This document shows positions 26,543 to 56,905 of a DNA stretch of 64,000 nucleotides, piece after piece. Numbering within the stretch: position 1 is the stretch's first letter; each line of letters opens with the position of its first letter. The notes beneath the pieces are model-generated. The model ran no database searches, had not been told where the DNA came from, and worked only from the letters and a program-made list of their open reading frames with translations. Location: assembly GCA_963693365.1 (NCBI GenBank), contig CAVNZM010000018.1:2332728-2396727 (forward strand). The letters are read 5' to 3'. The translations under genes were made by a program, and so were the position numbers. Source of the DNA: Amoebidium appalachense. Lineage: Eukaryota; Protista; Ichthyosporea.

Positions 26543-27806
26543 ATGAACATCACCAGCTGGAGCAATGAAGAGCTCAGCCACATCTTCCCGTTTCTGGATC
26601 TGTCGGACAGGGCGACCGCATCGCTCGTATGCCGCCGATGGCTTCATGTTGCACGCAGAACACCTTTTTCGCTGGAAGTATACCTGGACTTCAGGACCAT
26701 TGACTGGGGAAAGACAGAAATCGGTTTAAGGGCATTGGGAAGTACTCTTCGCTTAATGGACGTCGAATTCCTACCTGCTAACGCTCTCACCGACGAACGA
26801 CTGGCAAGTATCGTTTCTTTTTGTCCAAACGTGAAAACATTGCTTCTTCGTGTTCCGGAGGGGTCCCTGGATATATCTCCCCTGGCTGCTTGCAGAGACC
26901 TAACCTGTCTCGAACTGTGTTTCGAAGAGGTGTCCGGAATAAGGGCCCTCTTGCATCTACCCAAACTGAAAACGTTTTTTTTTTTTGGCGGAGGGGACGA
27001 GTACACAGTCACACGTGAAGAGATCGATGTCATTCGCCAGTGCACATCCCTCAAGCGGCTCTCAATCCCCAAAATGGGTGATGGCATGTCTCTTTCTCTC
27101 CTGTTCACCCTTACGCGTCTTGAGAGTCTGACATGTGTGTGTGTGGATCTACCCGACGATTCATCTGCGTGGCCTTTAACAGAGCTGAGGGTGTTTACAG
27201 GCTGGCCCATTTGTCTAAGACAACACTGGCGTCCTTTAACTACCCTTCCAAAACTTCGCGCGTTGTATTTGGGTGGTGGGCAGGTGCGTGAGCGAGATTT
27301 GGAATACGCCGCAAGATGCACCGGATTGACTTTGCTCGGAATGCAATATTAGCTCAGAGTTGGAGAGCCTTTCCCCAATTTCCCGCCTGACCCGCCTACG
27401 AAAGCTGGTATTTGAAGAGTGCGCCTCATTGAACGACATCTCTGCATTGAGTGCATGTGCAGAGTTAACCGAGTTGGCGATGCGTAATGTCCTTTCCCTT
27501 GAAAGATTCGACACCATTGCTAAGTGTACCGCCCTTAGAAGGCTGTGCCTGACACACACCGCCAACCCCATCAACGTTACACCGTTTTCCACTTTGAAAA
27601 TGTTGCAATCGCTAGAAATGGGGCAGTGTGTGGTGGAGGGTGACATGTCTGTTTTTTGTGCGGCAACAGAACTGAGTGAGGTTGAGATCTATGGATGTCG
27701 CATTGCCCATGAGGATGGGGTGGAGAGGCTGGGGAGGGAGGTGTTTGGGGGGGGGGGGGAAGTTTTGTGTGGGAGAGGTTGCAGGGGGGGAATGGGGCCT
27801 GAGTGA
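26543..27806 (+). pseudogene. F-box/LRR protein (paralog 2), frameshifted near 27335-27350 (pseudogene or sequence error)
   Basis: F-box WSNEELSHIFPFLDLSDRATASLVCRRW plus LRRs; TAG at 27350-27352, but LRRs continue in the +1 frame (LESLSPISRLTRLRKL...). A poly-G run near 27747 may add a second shift. Confidence 0.8.
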
Positions 27807-29522
27807 TTTGATTCAAAATCCTACTGTGTGCATGGGTGTAGTGGTGGGTGTGCACGTGGAGAATGTTTTTTGTTGGGAGGGGGGGGGGGGGGGGTTGGAG
27901 GGGGGAGGGGGGGGGGAGGGGGGAGGAGGGGTGTGTGTGGGTGGGCGGGTGGGGGGGGGGGGGGGGGGGGGGTATATGAAAATGCCTGGGTCTGTTGTTG
28001 TACATACTGAATGGGATTGAGAATTACGGTGTTTGTGTGACGTTTTATTCTGTAGGCCGGTAGTAAATACAATAACACCGTAGGCTATAGACCACGGTAG
28101 AGTTACTCGACCATGTCATAGTTGCATAAGCTGTAGAAATATTAGACCATGTCTAGTAGAATATTTATCGACTATACTTAGTAAAATCGCTCAAGCTCAT
28201 GCATGTAGCTGCTGTACTGTGCAGCAAACAAGGCTGTGTGGGGTCACACACGTATACCTTTATGAACTTTGGGTTACCGTATTAACTGGTCTGTTACTGC
28301 ATTTTTGATCTTAGTCGAGGCTTAAGATCATAGTATGTCACGATGTGTTTATATACTTATGTAATGATGTACTAATGTACTAATATACTCATGTATCATG
28401 ACTTGTACCTAAATGGCAGTAGCGGTGACCAAACAGCGTATGTGTAATACACCCTGCAAACTTGTTACCATCCAGTTTCCAAAAATACCATCCAACTTTG
28501 TTTTGCACTGTACAGTACATTTCCGACCACTGTTGTGTGCATGTTGTGCATGGTGTGGATACCTTATAGATAAATATGTCCGGAAACACCATCCAGCTTA
28601 TAGGAACATGAAATATATCCTAAAAATTCCATCCAATTATCGTGAATTTTTGCCCCTGAATGGCAGTGTCGTCTATAGTTATGAGGGGCTCCTGGAACGG
28701 ATGCTCGGAAGTCTCTGGTTGTGCATATCTTGTAGGTAGCAAATGTTTATGATGATATATACCAAAAGTTGACATCACCCGCGGGTATGTCTTGTGCATA
28801 TATCCCGACAAGCTTGGTCTGCATGTGGCACATACCATGGTGAGGAACCAATGTTAACTGACCGATTACTTTATCTTATACTATTTGAAGAATTACTAGC
28901 GCTCCAGTTGTTACATTAGTGTTGATAACTTATGATACTGATCATTAGGTTTGATTGCAACACTACACCTTCCTCTTCATTTAGAACATGGCCCTTGCAT
29001 AGAAGAGTTAGACCGATTAGAGTATGCATACTGTGCAAAAGGTTATAATCTATTGCACACCCCACAACGGCGGGTTAGTTGGTGAGGGGTTAGGAGTGGG
29101 CGGGGGGGGGGTGGGGGGGGGGGGGGGGGGGGGAGGAGGGGGGGGGGGGAGGGGGGTAAAAGAAAGATAACTAACACGTACAAGTCCTTTGGGGTGTTCT
29201 GAAAACTCAGCATCACCCTGGCTGGGAAGAATTGTTGAAACGTATTAGTGGGTTTGTAGGAAACTTTTTGCACTCATATCATTCGTGACGAGATATACAT
29301 TTTATGTTGAATTAACTAGCTTCCCCCCCATCCCCCCCCCCCCCCCCCCCCCCCCTTCCCCCCTCTCTCCCCCCGACCCGTTGGTACTTCGCTTGCAGTA
29401 ATTATAATTCACCAGAAGATACACAAGTTGATAGGCCGGATGTTATCACAGTGGTTAGAGTTGTCCCCCCCCCCCCCCCCCATCCTAGGCCTCACAGAAA
29501 CACACACACACACGCGTGTGCG

Positions 29523-29656
<134 letters not shown>

Positions 29657-30039
29657 CACACTCACGCACGTGCACAACGTTGAATGCATGACGCTGTTTC
29701 ATATTTTGGCTAGTATCGTGCGAACATTTATGAGCTGTTATTCGAGCTATTGTTGATTGTGGCAACTTCAATTCGGGAAAGCTACACTTTGAGTAGAATC
29801 CATTTGAGGCTGTGAAGAGATAGTGCAGGCGTGAAATTCCACTGGTGTATACATGTACTTACTTACCACCCAACAAAATACACCCTGGGCTAGATAATAA
29901 TGTTAATACGAGATATACATTTTGTTAGATAACTAGTCCCCCCCCCCCCCCCCCCCCGCGCACTCATTTTTTTATTTAAAAGAACTATTCAAAACAACCA
30001 CATGGCATTTGCAGGTTACTAATGATTATTGGGGCCTTC

Positions 30040-30744
30040 TACCTCTCCCTTCTCTCCCACGGTTCCCCCCAACAACATGAACAAACTCCAAGTCTGCCGC
30101 CACAACTGCATAAAACTTGAAGAATAATAAGCTTTCAAAACACTTTACCATGTAACAACTTGGGAAGACACCAAACGACAGTAGTACTGAGACACACCGA
30201 AAAACTAAACATAGGGCCAAATAGTGATTATGTAGGGAATCGAGTAAACTGAAACCCGATGATCTGGTTGGTCCCAAGAATCCCTTTAAATTTTTTGAGC
30301 CTTTTGATTGGGACCAAGATTTTCTTTTTAATTTTCTGGGTTATGGCTAGTTTGCCAGATGATCTTTTCACGGTCACATCGTTTGCATGCCCAAACAACA
30401 CACACACACAGTCAGTAACTATCATGCACCACCAATGTAGATAGTTAGACCACATATTTTCGAAACACAATCATAACTGAGACCCCACCCATACCTGAGA
30501 CTGGTCTCTCTTTGCCTCGAGTAAACAGCGTAAACCCCACACAATCATGCACGATATATGCAGAAGTCACCCAAATTCAAGACATAGGTTTGCCTGATGA
30601 TTATCGTCTTTTTGAACACATACCGAACACGTGTGAACAGGGCGTGTTTTTAACCTGTATTGGCTGGCTGGGTAGACACCTTTGAACCACGAAACATCGA
30701 CACACACACACACCAGCTGATATCAAGTGTCCCAGAGGCCTTCC

Positions 30745-30775
<31 letters not shown>

Positions 30776-31508
30776 ATTCGCCCTCTCCTGCCCCCCTCCC
30801 CGCCCCCTCCCACAAAAAACAAAACTTTGAAAAAAGGAAAGGAAGGAAGAAAAAAGAAAGAAAAGAAAGGGGAAATTGGGGGGAAAAGAAAAAAAAAAAA
30901 AAAAAAAAAAGCCATTTTCAAAAAAAAAAAAACAAAGAAAAGAAAGGGCAGGCAAAAAAAGAAAAAAAGGATTTTTTTTTTTTTAAATAAAAAAACGTGG
31001 AAGCAACTAATTGATAACAGTTGATATCAAGGTAATACCATAGGTACACGTGATTGCAAATATAACCGTCACCATACCCGACTTTATGATCGGATCTCCA
31101 TATGCATGTGCGTACCTGATATATTGTTGTGGAGATATGCCACCCCTCCCCCCTTCCCCCCTCCCCCCTCCCCTCCCCCTCTCCCCACCCATCCACCCAC
31201 CCACCTCCCCCCCCCCCCCCCCCCCCAAAACTCACCCACCCACCCACCCACCCCCACTCCCCCCCCCCCCCCCCCCTCTCATTCCCCTGCCCCCCCCTCC
31301 CCCCCCCCCCCCCCCCCACAAAAAAAAATTAAAAATCTGAGACTTGTCTCTCTGCCTCGATTAAACTGGCAGCCTAAATCGCGATATGTTATCTAAAATC
31401 ATCCCCAATAAGCGTTCACATCAACCACAATCGCACATCATGCCCTCTCCCGAGCTCCCCTTTTTACCCTCGTCCATCCGCCTGCTATATGAGCAGCTGC
31501 TGTTAATG
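30040..31508 (+). mobile_element. Decayed LINE (CR1/Rex1-like) ORF2 C-terminal relics
   Basis: Fragments translate as NNMNKLQVCRHNCIK, DPTH, and PFLPSSIRLLY (compare the LINE terminal SFxPxxIRLLN motif). Related segments ctgagact(g/t)gtctctct..gcctcga.taaac at about 30495 and 31338; many stops. Confidence 0.4.
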
Positions 31509-32251
31509 GCCCCCCCCCCCCCCCCCCCCCCCCCGCTCCATCCCTCCTCCCCCTCCCCCCCCCGCCCCCTCCCCCCCTCCCCCCCCCCCCCCCCTTTCCC
31601 CCCGCCCCTCCCCGTCCCCCCCTCCCCCCCCCCCCCCCACCTCACTTCCTTTTCTTCCTGACCAACCCTTCCCCTCCTCTCCCCGTTATCCCCTCCGATG
31701 CCATATCCTTGACTTTCTCAGTGCATTGCACACACAAAAAAACCAATCGATTATGAGGCAGTGTGCCGCTTCCGTGCCCATCTCCACATGTCCACCTTCT
31801 ACTACTCACGATGTGTCACCTTAAAGTTTTGCATTTGTGTTGTTAAGGCCGCCTAGGCCGCCCCCTCCCCCCTCCCCCCTCTCCCCCCGCCGCCCACGGA
31901 GATATGCGCTCCAGCGGATCTTTTTCTTTACAGACGTCTCCCCCCCCCCCCCCCCCCCCCCCGTCCACACCTCCCCCCCCCCCCCCCCCCTCCCCCCTCC
32001 CCCCTCCCCCCTCCCCTCCAGTCTCCCCCTCCCCCCCCCTCCCCCCCCCCCCCCATCTTTTCGTGCCCCCCCCCCCCCCCCCCCCCCCCCTCCCGTTCCC
32101 ATCTGCCCGTCCTCTAATTAGCTTATTACAACAAGAACTACTATACAAAATCAGATTCTCATAAACCACCTCCTTCACCATGGTAAACCTGAAACGTTCT
32201 GAGCCTTTTGCACCGTCTCCTTCTGAGACTCTCTATGTTTCATCATGACAT

Positions 32252-32297
<46 letters not shown>

Positions 32298-32549
32298 AGA
32301 AAAAAAAAAAAAAGAAAAAGAAAAAAAATGGACACATACTGTATACACACATCTCCAGAGTATCTCATCATCGATGTGGAAACTGTGGTAAGCCCAAGGC
32401 CTGGGGGTAGCCAAAACTTTGATTGGCATCAGAGAAAAAGCCCGCGCTGCCAAATGGAGAAAACCATTGACTATCATAGACTCAATTTACAATTTGATTG
32501 ATGGGGTTAAATTTGGAATCAGCTGAATTAGCGGTAAAAGGAGAAAAGT

Positions 32550-32788
32550 CCCGGTTTTACAGATACCGTCCGCCATTAAGATTACCCGCTAATAAGAATA
32601 TGCTAGCGACGAAGTGGGATTTTTTAAGAATAAGCACAACCGCAGCCAGATTTTGGGATCATCTTAGGGGTGTTTTGACTAGTACACCCTGTTGGCCGCC
32701 GTTAAGAATACTACAACAGACCGTCCAAAAAAAAATAATATGCACCGCGACCCGCTTTGGCGGGGTTCTTAATGGTGGACGGCATCTG
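32550..32788. mobile_element. Tc1/mariner-pogo-type MITE with TA target-site duplication
   Basis: TA|CAGATACCGTCCGCCATTAAGATTACCCGCTAA ... TTGGCGGGGTTCTTAATGGTGGACGGCATCTG|TA; ~33-bp imperfect TIRs; 239 bp; no coding capacity. Confidence 0.85.
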
Positions 32789-32858
32789 TAGTCTGATCTG
32801 TGGGAAACAACGGCTTGCAGCTGCAGTGATCGGATGATTTTGGCGGAGGGTGTGTGTG

Positions 32859-32956
<98 letters not shown>

Positions 32957-33048
32957 GGGGGAGGGGGGAGGGGGAAAGGGGGCTAGGGGGGGTCTCGCCG
33001 TTTCCCTTTGCACCTTATAGCGACCTTCCCCCGCCCCACCAAACAAAC

Positions 33049-33157
<109 letters not shown>

Positions 33158-33255
33158 GGGTGTGGACTACTTTCCGGACTACTCCCACATGCACAAAAAC
33201 AAGAACAACAAACCCCAGACACACACATGCACATAATAACGAAGACACACAATGT

Positions 33256-33308
<53 letters not shown>

Positions 33309-33852
33309 ACACACGTCAACAACAACAAGAAAACACAGACAAAAACACACACACACAAGCACACCCACATACACCTGCACACCAATTCACACGCACACAC
33401 ACACACCCGAAAGAAAATCAACACAGAACCACCCACATCTTCGCCTGGGATTCTGTTGGATGTTTATTTGTGATGATTATTTTCCTTTTTCAAACGGGGT
33501 ACAAATGGCCGTTTGAATCGGTCATACACTCTGTCTTATGCGCCTTGAGCTTTTGTAAAGTTTTAAAATATAATAAAATATAAACATAAACTTTAGGGAA
33601 CCGCCCAATGACACGATAACACAGCTGCAGAGCAGAAGAACACCGAACAGAAGAACACCGTGTACTAGGACACCTCCACTGCGACGAATACAACACTACG
33701 CTCTAAAATGCGCACAATTTGAAACAACACAAAAAACAAGCGCGGGAGACACGTGTGCATACAACATCATATAGTTAGTTTGTGTCACCCAAGCACCGGA
33801 GGGGGGGGAGGGGGGGGGGGGGGGGGGACCCACCCACCCCCCTGCGGCTACG

Positions 33853-33886
<34 letters not shown>

Positions 33887-36664
33887 CTACCACCAGGGGG
33901 GACGTCGATATTTGCTACTCTCCCCACCCCCCATTTCAAATTCAAAAATCCTTGATTCTATGCCCTCTACGAGTACTAGAGACGTGCGAGATATGATACA
34001 CCCACTGCGACATATGCATAGGCACACCGATTGAAAGTTCATTACATTTGTAGTCTTTTCGACAGCTACATGACAACAATTTACTAGTAAGTCTTGGATT
34101 TTTGTGAGTTTTTATCCATTTAAGCCTCTTCATATCCTCTAGTTAGTTAATTCCTTTCGAATTCTTTGGCAGGTAGTGAAAACAAACACTATCGGCTGCC
34201 CAAAGAAAAGCAATTCTGGTTTGCCTTCTTGCAAAAAACCTCTTGTGTTCATGTGGGAAGGTTGTTAAAAACCGGTGATTTCCGTCAGACAAAGACCCAT
34301 GCACTTTGCAATACAAACACGAAATTTTCCTTGTATACAGGGAGGAAGTGGTCACAATCACCGTGTGCAGGAAGTGGATTTCTCCAATGCAAACCTACTG
34401 AGTATTGAGTAATACATGCTGGCAAATAAATATAAACCCATTACTATTTCTCCGTTTTCCTGACAAAATTCAGGGCTTGCCCCCTTGTTCACACGTGAGA
34501 TTGAAAGAGAGGCCCTATTTTTTTATTTTATTTTATATTTTATCCCGTTTCACTCCCGGCGAGGCACTGCCTCAGGGGAGCTTACCGTCTTCCGCCTAGA
34601 CACAGATCGTACTGTATAGCACACTCATAAGTCAGGATCCTAAAGAGAGGCCCTACTGGTTAGAGTTCTTTGCATCCTGCTGTTGTTTTGCAAAGGGTAT
34701 TAGTATTAATTGATATTGGATACATACGGAATGACCTCGATGAGTGGCCATTACAACACCCTAGCTAGTACATAGCATGAATGCAACACAAAAAGCACAC
34801 ATGGACATACTGACACACGCACGCACACACAATCACGTGGAACACGCGTTGCAAACATGCGCACGCGCATACTATCATTCGTTGTGCCATGTCATGATGC
34901 CTGTCTGACGAGGTCCCACGGGGCTGGTACACACCACTAACAGCGGTACTGAATAAAACCTTTTAAATAAAAAGGTTAAAATTAAAGCATACAATCATAC
35001 ACACACAGCGACAGACACACACATGCATGTGCCACGGGGACCGTGGCAGTACCACCGTTGAAACGCGATCGTTGCCCCCCCCCCCCCAAAAAAAAGGTGT
35101 TCCGAATCCTGAGCTGCCAGAGGCGGACTCGGGACTATTGTAAGTCACACACTACAAGTTCACACACACAAAGTTTGAGCAGGGCAGTGACTGAATGCAC
35201 CGAAACCTGCATCGGTCACCCTAGCTCAAATTCTTCGTGTTTGATTATCGAAACCATTCGATTGGCTCATTATCGGATTCGTGATCCAATAGGATACCTT
35301 TTAGGGAAACAGCCAATCAAAATAAATGAATACATTTGAGCCTATTCCTAATGTGGCTCACATCCACCACAAACGATTGGTTTTTAGTATAACTGCATTG
35401 TTCGAAGCCTCGCTCCTATTGGTGTCTCAAAACTGCCTCCCAGCCATATGGCTGCCATTCCAGTATTCACTTTCCTATGGGGAATAACAACATCTACATC
35501 GTGTACCGGTGTCTAATAAAGATGATGTGTTAAACTGGAAAAATATTATATTCTATCTATTTGTGGTTTTCTCTTCTATATATGTAGGATTTCCTCTGAG
35601 TGACACACAGCTAGTAGACAGCATCGGGGCTTTGAAATTCCAGCGACCTCCTACAAATAATACTCCGAGTCGGAAATTTGGATCCAAATCTAAAAACAGA
35701 TCTAACTTGGTAGATGACTTCGCTGTCGTAAGTCGTCGTAGAAATGTTGTGAACTTGTGGAAAACGGAAATATACACATTAAAAATGAAGCCCAAAATAA
35801 AGAGGATATTACACGGTATTCAATAAAATCTATCATGTTTATACAATTGCATAAAGCCGCGCTTATCACATTTGAGTACCGGTCCCTGATACTGACCAAT
35901 AGGAGCGCAGCCCGGAAATCTTAATTTCAAACCCCCCAAGTTTACTCATTTTCGCGTTCCTGAGCAAAAGTTCGTGGCACACATCTATAATAATGAAGAC
36001 TCAAAAAGCAATTGCGTAGAAGCATGGAAAGGATATGAATGCATCAAACTATATCAAAACAGAAGTATATGACATGATAGGAATTGAATGAAGGGTCTAC
36101 GTTGAGGTATTGCAAACTTTTCAAGAGCACGCTGCACGCAGTCATTTATTTATTGAAAATATTTTTTGATCACACCCCCGCGAGCTTTGGGGAGAGTGTG
36201 TCGAAAAGTTGGCAATTCTTCGCATGCCATGGTTAGTGACGGCTATTTATTCCGTCTTTAGTTCAGTTTCCAACAGAGTTGTTTCGATTTTTTTTTTCCC
36301 CCCCAATTGTTTTTTCAGTGGTTTCCAACAGAATAACGTTCCCAGAGGTAGTGTAGGGCCCATGCATTGACAGCTCCATTATTGCTCGAGGAATAAGCAG
36401 GGGAAAATCGAGTAGCATTGCTCAACAGTTTTTGTTGCTCCCACCCAAGAACCCGGTACAAAGTGTACACTAATTGGCTTGGAAAGGGAGAGAAACGGTA
36501 GTTTCTACACCCCACCTTTTCCATATGTTACTCTCTCACAAACGATAACAACAACATCCAGCTAGATTCAAGCTGTTGTAGCAGGCCAGAGGGGTCTTTA
36601 ACCCAGTTTATTCCCACAACATTTGCACTCCTGTTACTGTCTGTAAGCCAAGAACGTAGCAAGG

Positions 36665-53051
<16,387 letters not shown>

Positions 53052-53948
53052 GACAGGTTATCACTCAAAGGGTCGAAAATTTAAGTTCCGCACCCAGGAA
53101 TTTGGGTCTTCTTCGCCCAGAAATTGGAATTTCGACACCAAGAAATCGGAATTTCGACACCAAAAAATCGGGATTTTGACACCAGCAAGGGCAAGGGCAA
53201 GACTCAAGCTCACTTAGCAACCACTAGATGTTGCACACATGTTGATAAAAACTTTTCTCGTTATATACTGCAACACCGGAAACTTTTCTCGTTTTCCGTC
53301 TTTCTGTTGGGAAAACAAAAAAAATTCTCGTTATATACTGCAACACCGGAAACTTTTCTCGTTTTCCGTCTTTCTGTTGGGAAAACATTACTCAACATTA
53401 GTAAAGAGGAGAAATTACATTACACACACCAAATCCCACATTGCATTAGCACGCTATTTAGAAAAAGATTATTACCACTTATTATGAGCATAGGAGAGAG
53501 GGGGAAAAAAGGGGGGGGGGGGAAACTCCTACCAAAGAAAGGGGTATTTAATTTACACCTATGTACACTGAAATTTCCCATCTGTATTTGAACCACCCCC
53601 CCCCCCCCCCCCCCCCTCTTTCATCTGCATTAGACCCCCCTTGGTGTTTTTTTCCTGGTTGTTTTCAAATTTCCGAGCACCCCGCACTTCTTGTAGCTAG
53701 TGCACGAGGTGTGAGGTAACTACGTGTTGTGCCGTGGATTTAGACCAATAAAATGACTTTTGGCTTGTGCATGTAGCCGGTCATTATAAACAACAAACAC
53801 ACCTGCCTAAAATGGTTATTGCCATGATAGGCAAAGCCAATCTCCATTATCCAATCACTGTGAAGATCATAATAAGACACCGTGCAGAATGCCGGCTTAC
53901 GCAATTGTGGTATTCCTTGCTGTAGATCCATTGAAAATGAAAAATACA

Positions 53949-53981
<33 letters not shown>

Positions 53982-54848
53982 ATATCGTTTCTGTAAATCT
54001 ATTTTTATCTATACCGTTTCAAGAAAATCGTTTTTTCATGTGATCAATTATCATGATCAATATGCTTATATAAGACTTAATGCACATTTGCCTGCCGCTC
54101 GATTCAAAGCATTGGCGTATACGTATGCATACTGTATATAGGGCTCACATCCATTCGAATTCGATACATTTGATTCACGAACGATTTATCTGGTACTTGT
54201 AGAAACTCCATAATCGCAACCGTACCAACATATGGAATTTTATTGGGTCGGTTCAGACAGAAAGAAAGCAGAATGCAAGTGCGTGTATGCTTGTGTGTGT
54301 GTGTGTGGACGCACGCGTGTTTGCGTGTGTGTGTTTGTGTGTGTGTTTGTGTGTGTGTATGTGTATGTGTGTGTGTGTGTGTTTATGTGTGTGCGTCGTG
54401 TGTGTGTGTGTGTGTGTGTGTAAAACAAAATACAAAAGGAAAACAAAATGGCTAACTACATTTACATATAAATTTATGCACGTGCAGACGACCTTGCGTT
54501 CCCCAACATACAAGTAGGTCTGTGCGCCGGCCGGCGCCAAAACATAACGAGACTGTTATTGATGTTGGGTTGCAAGTGGTTGTTACCTCCCTCTCCCCCC
54601 CTCCCCCCCCCCCCCCCCCCTGGCCCCCCCGCCTCACGCCCCCCCCCCCCCCCCCCCTCCCCCCCTCCCCCCCCAATCCTGCAGTTGGCGGATCTGCCAA
54701 ATGTTATGACCCTTTTCCCTTTCATTTAACCCCCCCCCCCCCCCCCCCCCCCCCCATTCCCCCCTTTCTTGCCACACTGTGTTATCAGTCTAGGGAGAGA
54801 TTGCCATTGCCGAAGTACCAAGTTTACTTGTGGTCCTCCAAAAACATA

Positions 54849-55108
54849 TAGCTGAAAACCACCAAGTGCAATATGTTCTAAATTGCTTGCAATTTTTTTA
54901 TAATATTATTATTATCTTGTTGTTTTACTTATTTATGTAGCTGAAAACCACCAAGTGCAATATGTTCTAAATTGCTTGCAAATTTTTTATAATATTATTA
55001 TTATCTTGTTGTTTTACTTATTTATGTAGCTGAAAACCACCAAGTGCAATATGTTCTAAATTGCTTGCAAAAAATTTATAATATTATTATCTTGTTGTTT
55101 TACTTATT
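54849..55108. repeat. 89-bp tandem repeat, 3 copies
   Basis: tagctgaaaaccaccaagtgcaatatgttctaaattgcttgc... at 54849, 54938 and 55027. Confidence 0.9.
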
Positions 55109-55326
55109 TTACAGAACTGTTTGGTAACCCGATGATATGCATGGGCAGGCAATAAAACTTTCCACGTGCACTGAGTGCCAGGTGGGCAACATATTTCAGT
55201 GAAGTCTGGAATTGGCACCCCCCCCGAAATGTTCCCGAACATAAAATCATCATTCTACGGTGTCTGTCAATATACCATGCTCACAAGCCAGTACTGCAAT
55301 TATACTATTCAGTTTACTTCAAAGCA

Positions 55327-55373
<47 letters not shown>

Positions 55374-55879
55374 GCCTCTTCCCATTCCCTGCCCCCCCAA
55401 TTTTTTTTATTTTATGTTTTTCATACTCAGTGACTAAAATCATGGCACCCGTGTTTTCTAGATATATTTCCTTTCATTGTGTTCAACGTCTATGTGTGTG
55501 TGTGTGTGTGTACATGTTTGTGTGTGTGTAATGTGTTTGTGTGGGGAAGTGAAGGTTGTTTGCATTTTTGTCTTCTTAGTTGTTTTTGTATTCTATTCGA
55601 TTATTACTTTGTGTGTACATGTGGAAAAAAACAAATAACAAAAAAATTACCAATGACCACCGCCCAGCTTGAATCACCCTAGCTCTAGTGTAAAAAAATA
55701 ATCATTATCAGCCACAAACCCTTCTAGTACACTCGCCCTAAATGCCATATTCACATTACTGAGTTGATTTAGGTGTGTTTCTTACTCTATTATTTTTAAA
55801 CAACTGTCTGCCTATAGCTATTAAAACATTAAAATGTACATGTGTTTGTGTGTGTGTGTGTGTGTGTGTGCCACAGGCC

Positions 55880-55927
<48 letters not shown>

Positions 55928-56496
55928 ATATAGAATTTACCGTCCTCATCCCCGTGTCCCCCTAAACCGGTGTTAGCAGACCTTTGAGGTTTTTGTGATT
56001 GGATTGGTAGTTCTATTACATTAAAATTTTCAAAATGTCGTTGTACCAATGATATAGTACTTTGTAAAAAAAAATGTCGCCGAATTTCTCTAAAAAAAGT
56101 GCGTTCCATTCTGGGTTAGAAACAAAAACCGTTTTGATACGGGAATCACCTGACCTCTGCCGTCATTCAGCCCAGCGTGTTCACAGTAGACTCCTAAAAC
56201 GCTGGTTTTTTTCTTTTTATTTCAAAGCCCCGAGTACGTACACCCTCTCGGGCCCAACTTTAGGGCACTATATTTCAATTTTCTCATTATCAAATATATA
56301 GTTATTTTAGGCTTTTTCATTAGTATCTTAAGAATATTTAGCGATTTTGATGTCATAAAAACAACTAAGCAACGCTTCGATGGTTTTTGATGCCTCACAA
56401 AATGGCCTTAGGTCCCCTCCAAATTCCGGATTTGAGGTCCGGCAAACAACGCATTATATATATAGATAATGCAGCTTTATTTCCCCCTCCCCCTCC

Positions 56497-56527
<31 letters not shown>

Positions 56528-56905
56528 AAAAAAAAAAAAAAACACCCCTCGCCTCCCGCCCCTTTTTCTAAACATTCCTACTTTTTCTCTTATTCAACAT
56601 GATAACGACCGTCAAAAAGGCCATACCTTACCAAATTTAGGCGAATGCACTGGGGGAAGGGGGGGGTTTGAATGCGTCAGGGGTAGTAGAGAGCAAGCGA
56701 GCGGCTGGGGGGGGGGGGGGGGGGGGGAGAGGGCGAGGAAGGGAGGTGGGGTGTGAGAGAGGGGGGGGGAGGGGGGAGGGGGGGAGGAGGGGGGGGGGAG
56801 AAAAGGCATAAGCCCTCCCAAAATCATACTGTTGCAATCCGAAGATGTCTCAGGCAACATACACCTCCCCCCCCCCCCCCCTCCCCCCCCACCTCCCCAC
56901 ACATC

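Noticed and set aside
34900-34935. CTGACGA plus hairpin as a hammerhead core
   Set aside because: No GAAA after stem II and no stem III or cleavage triplet.
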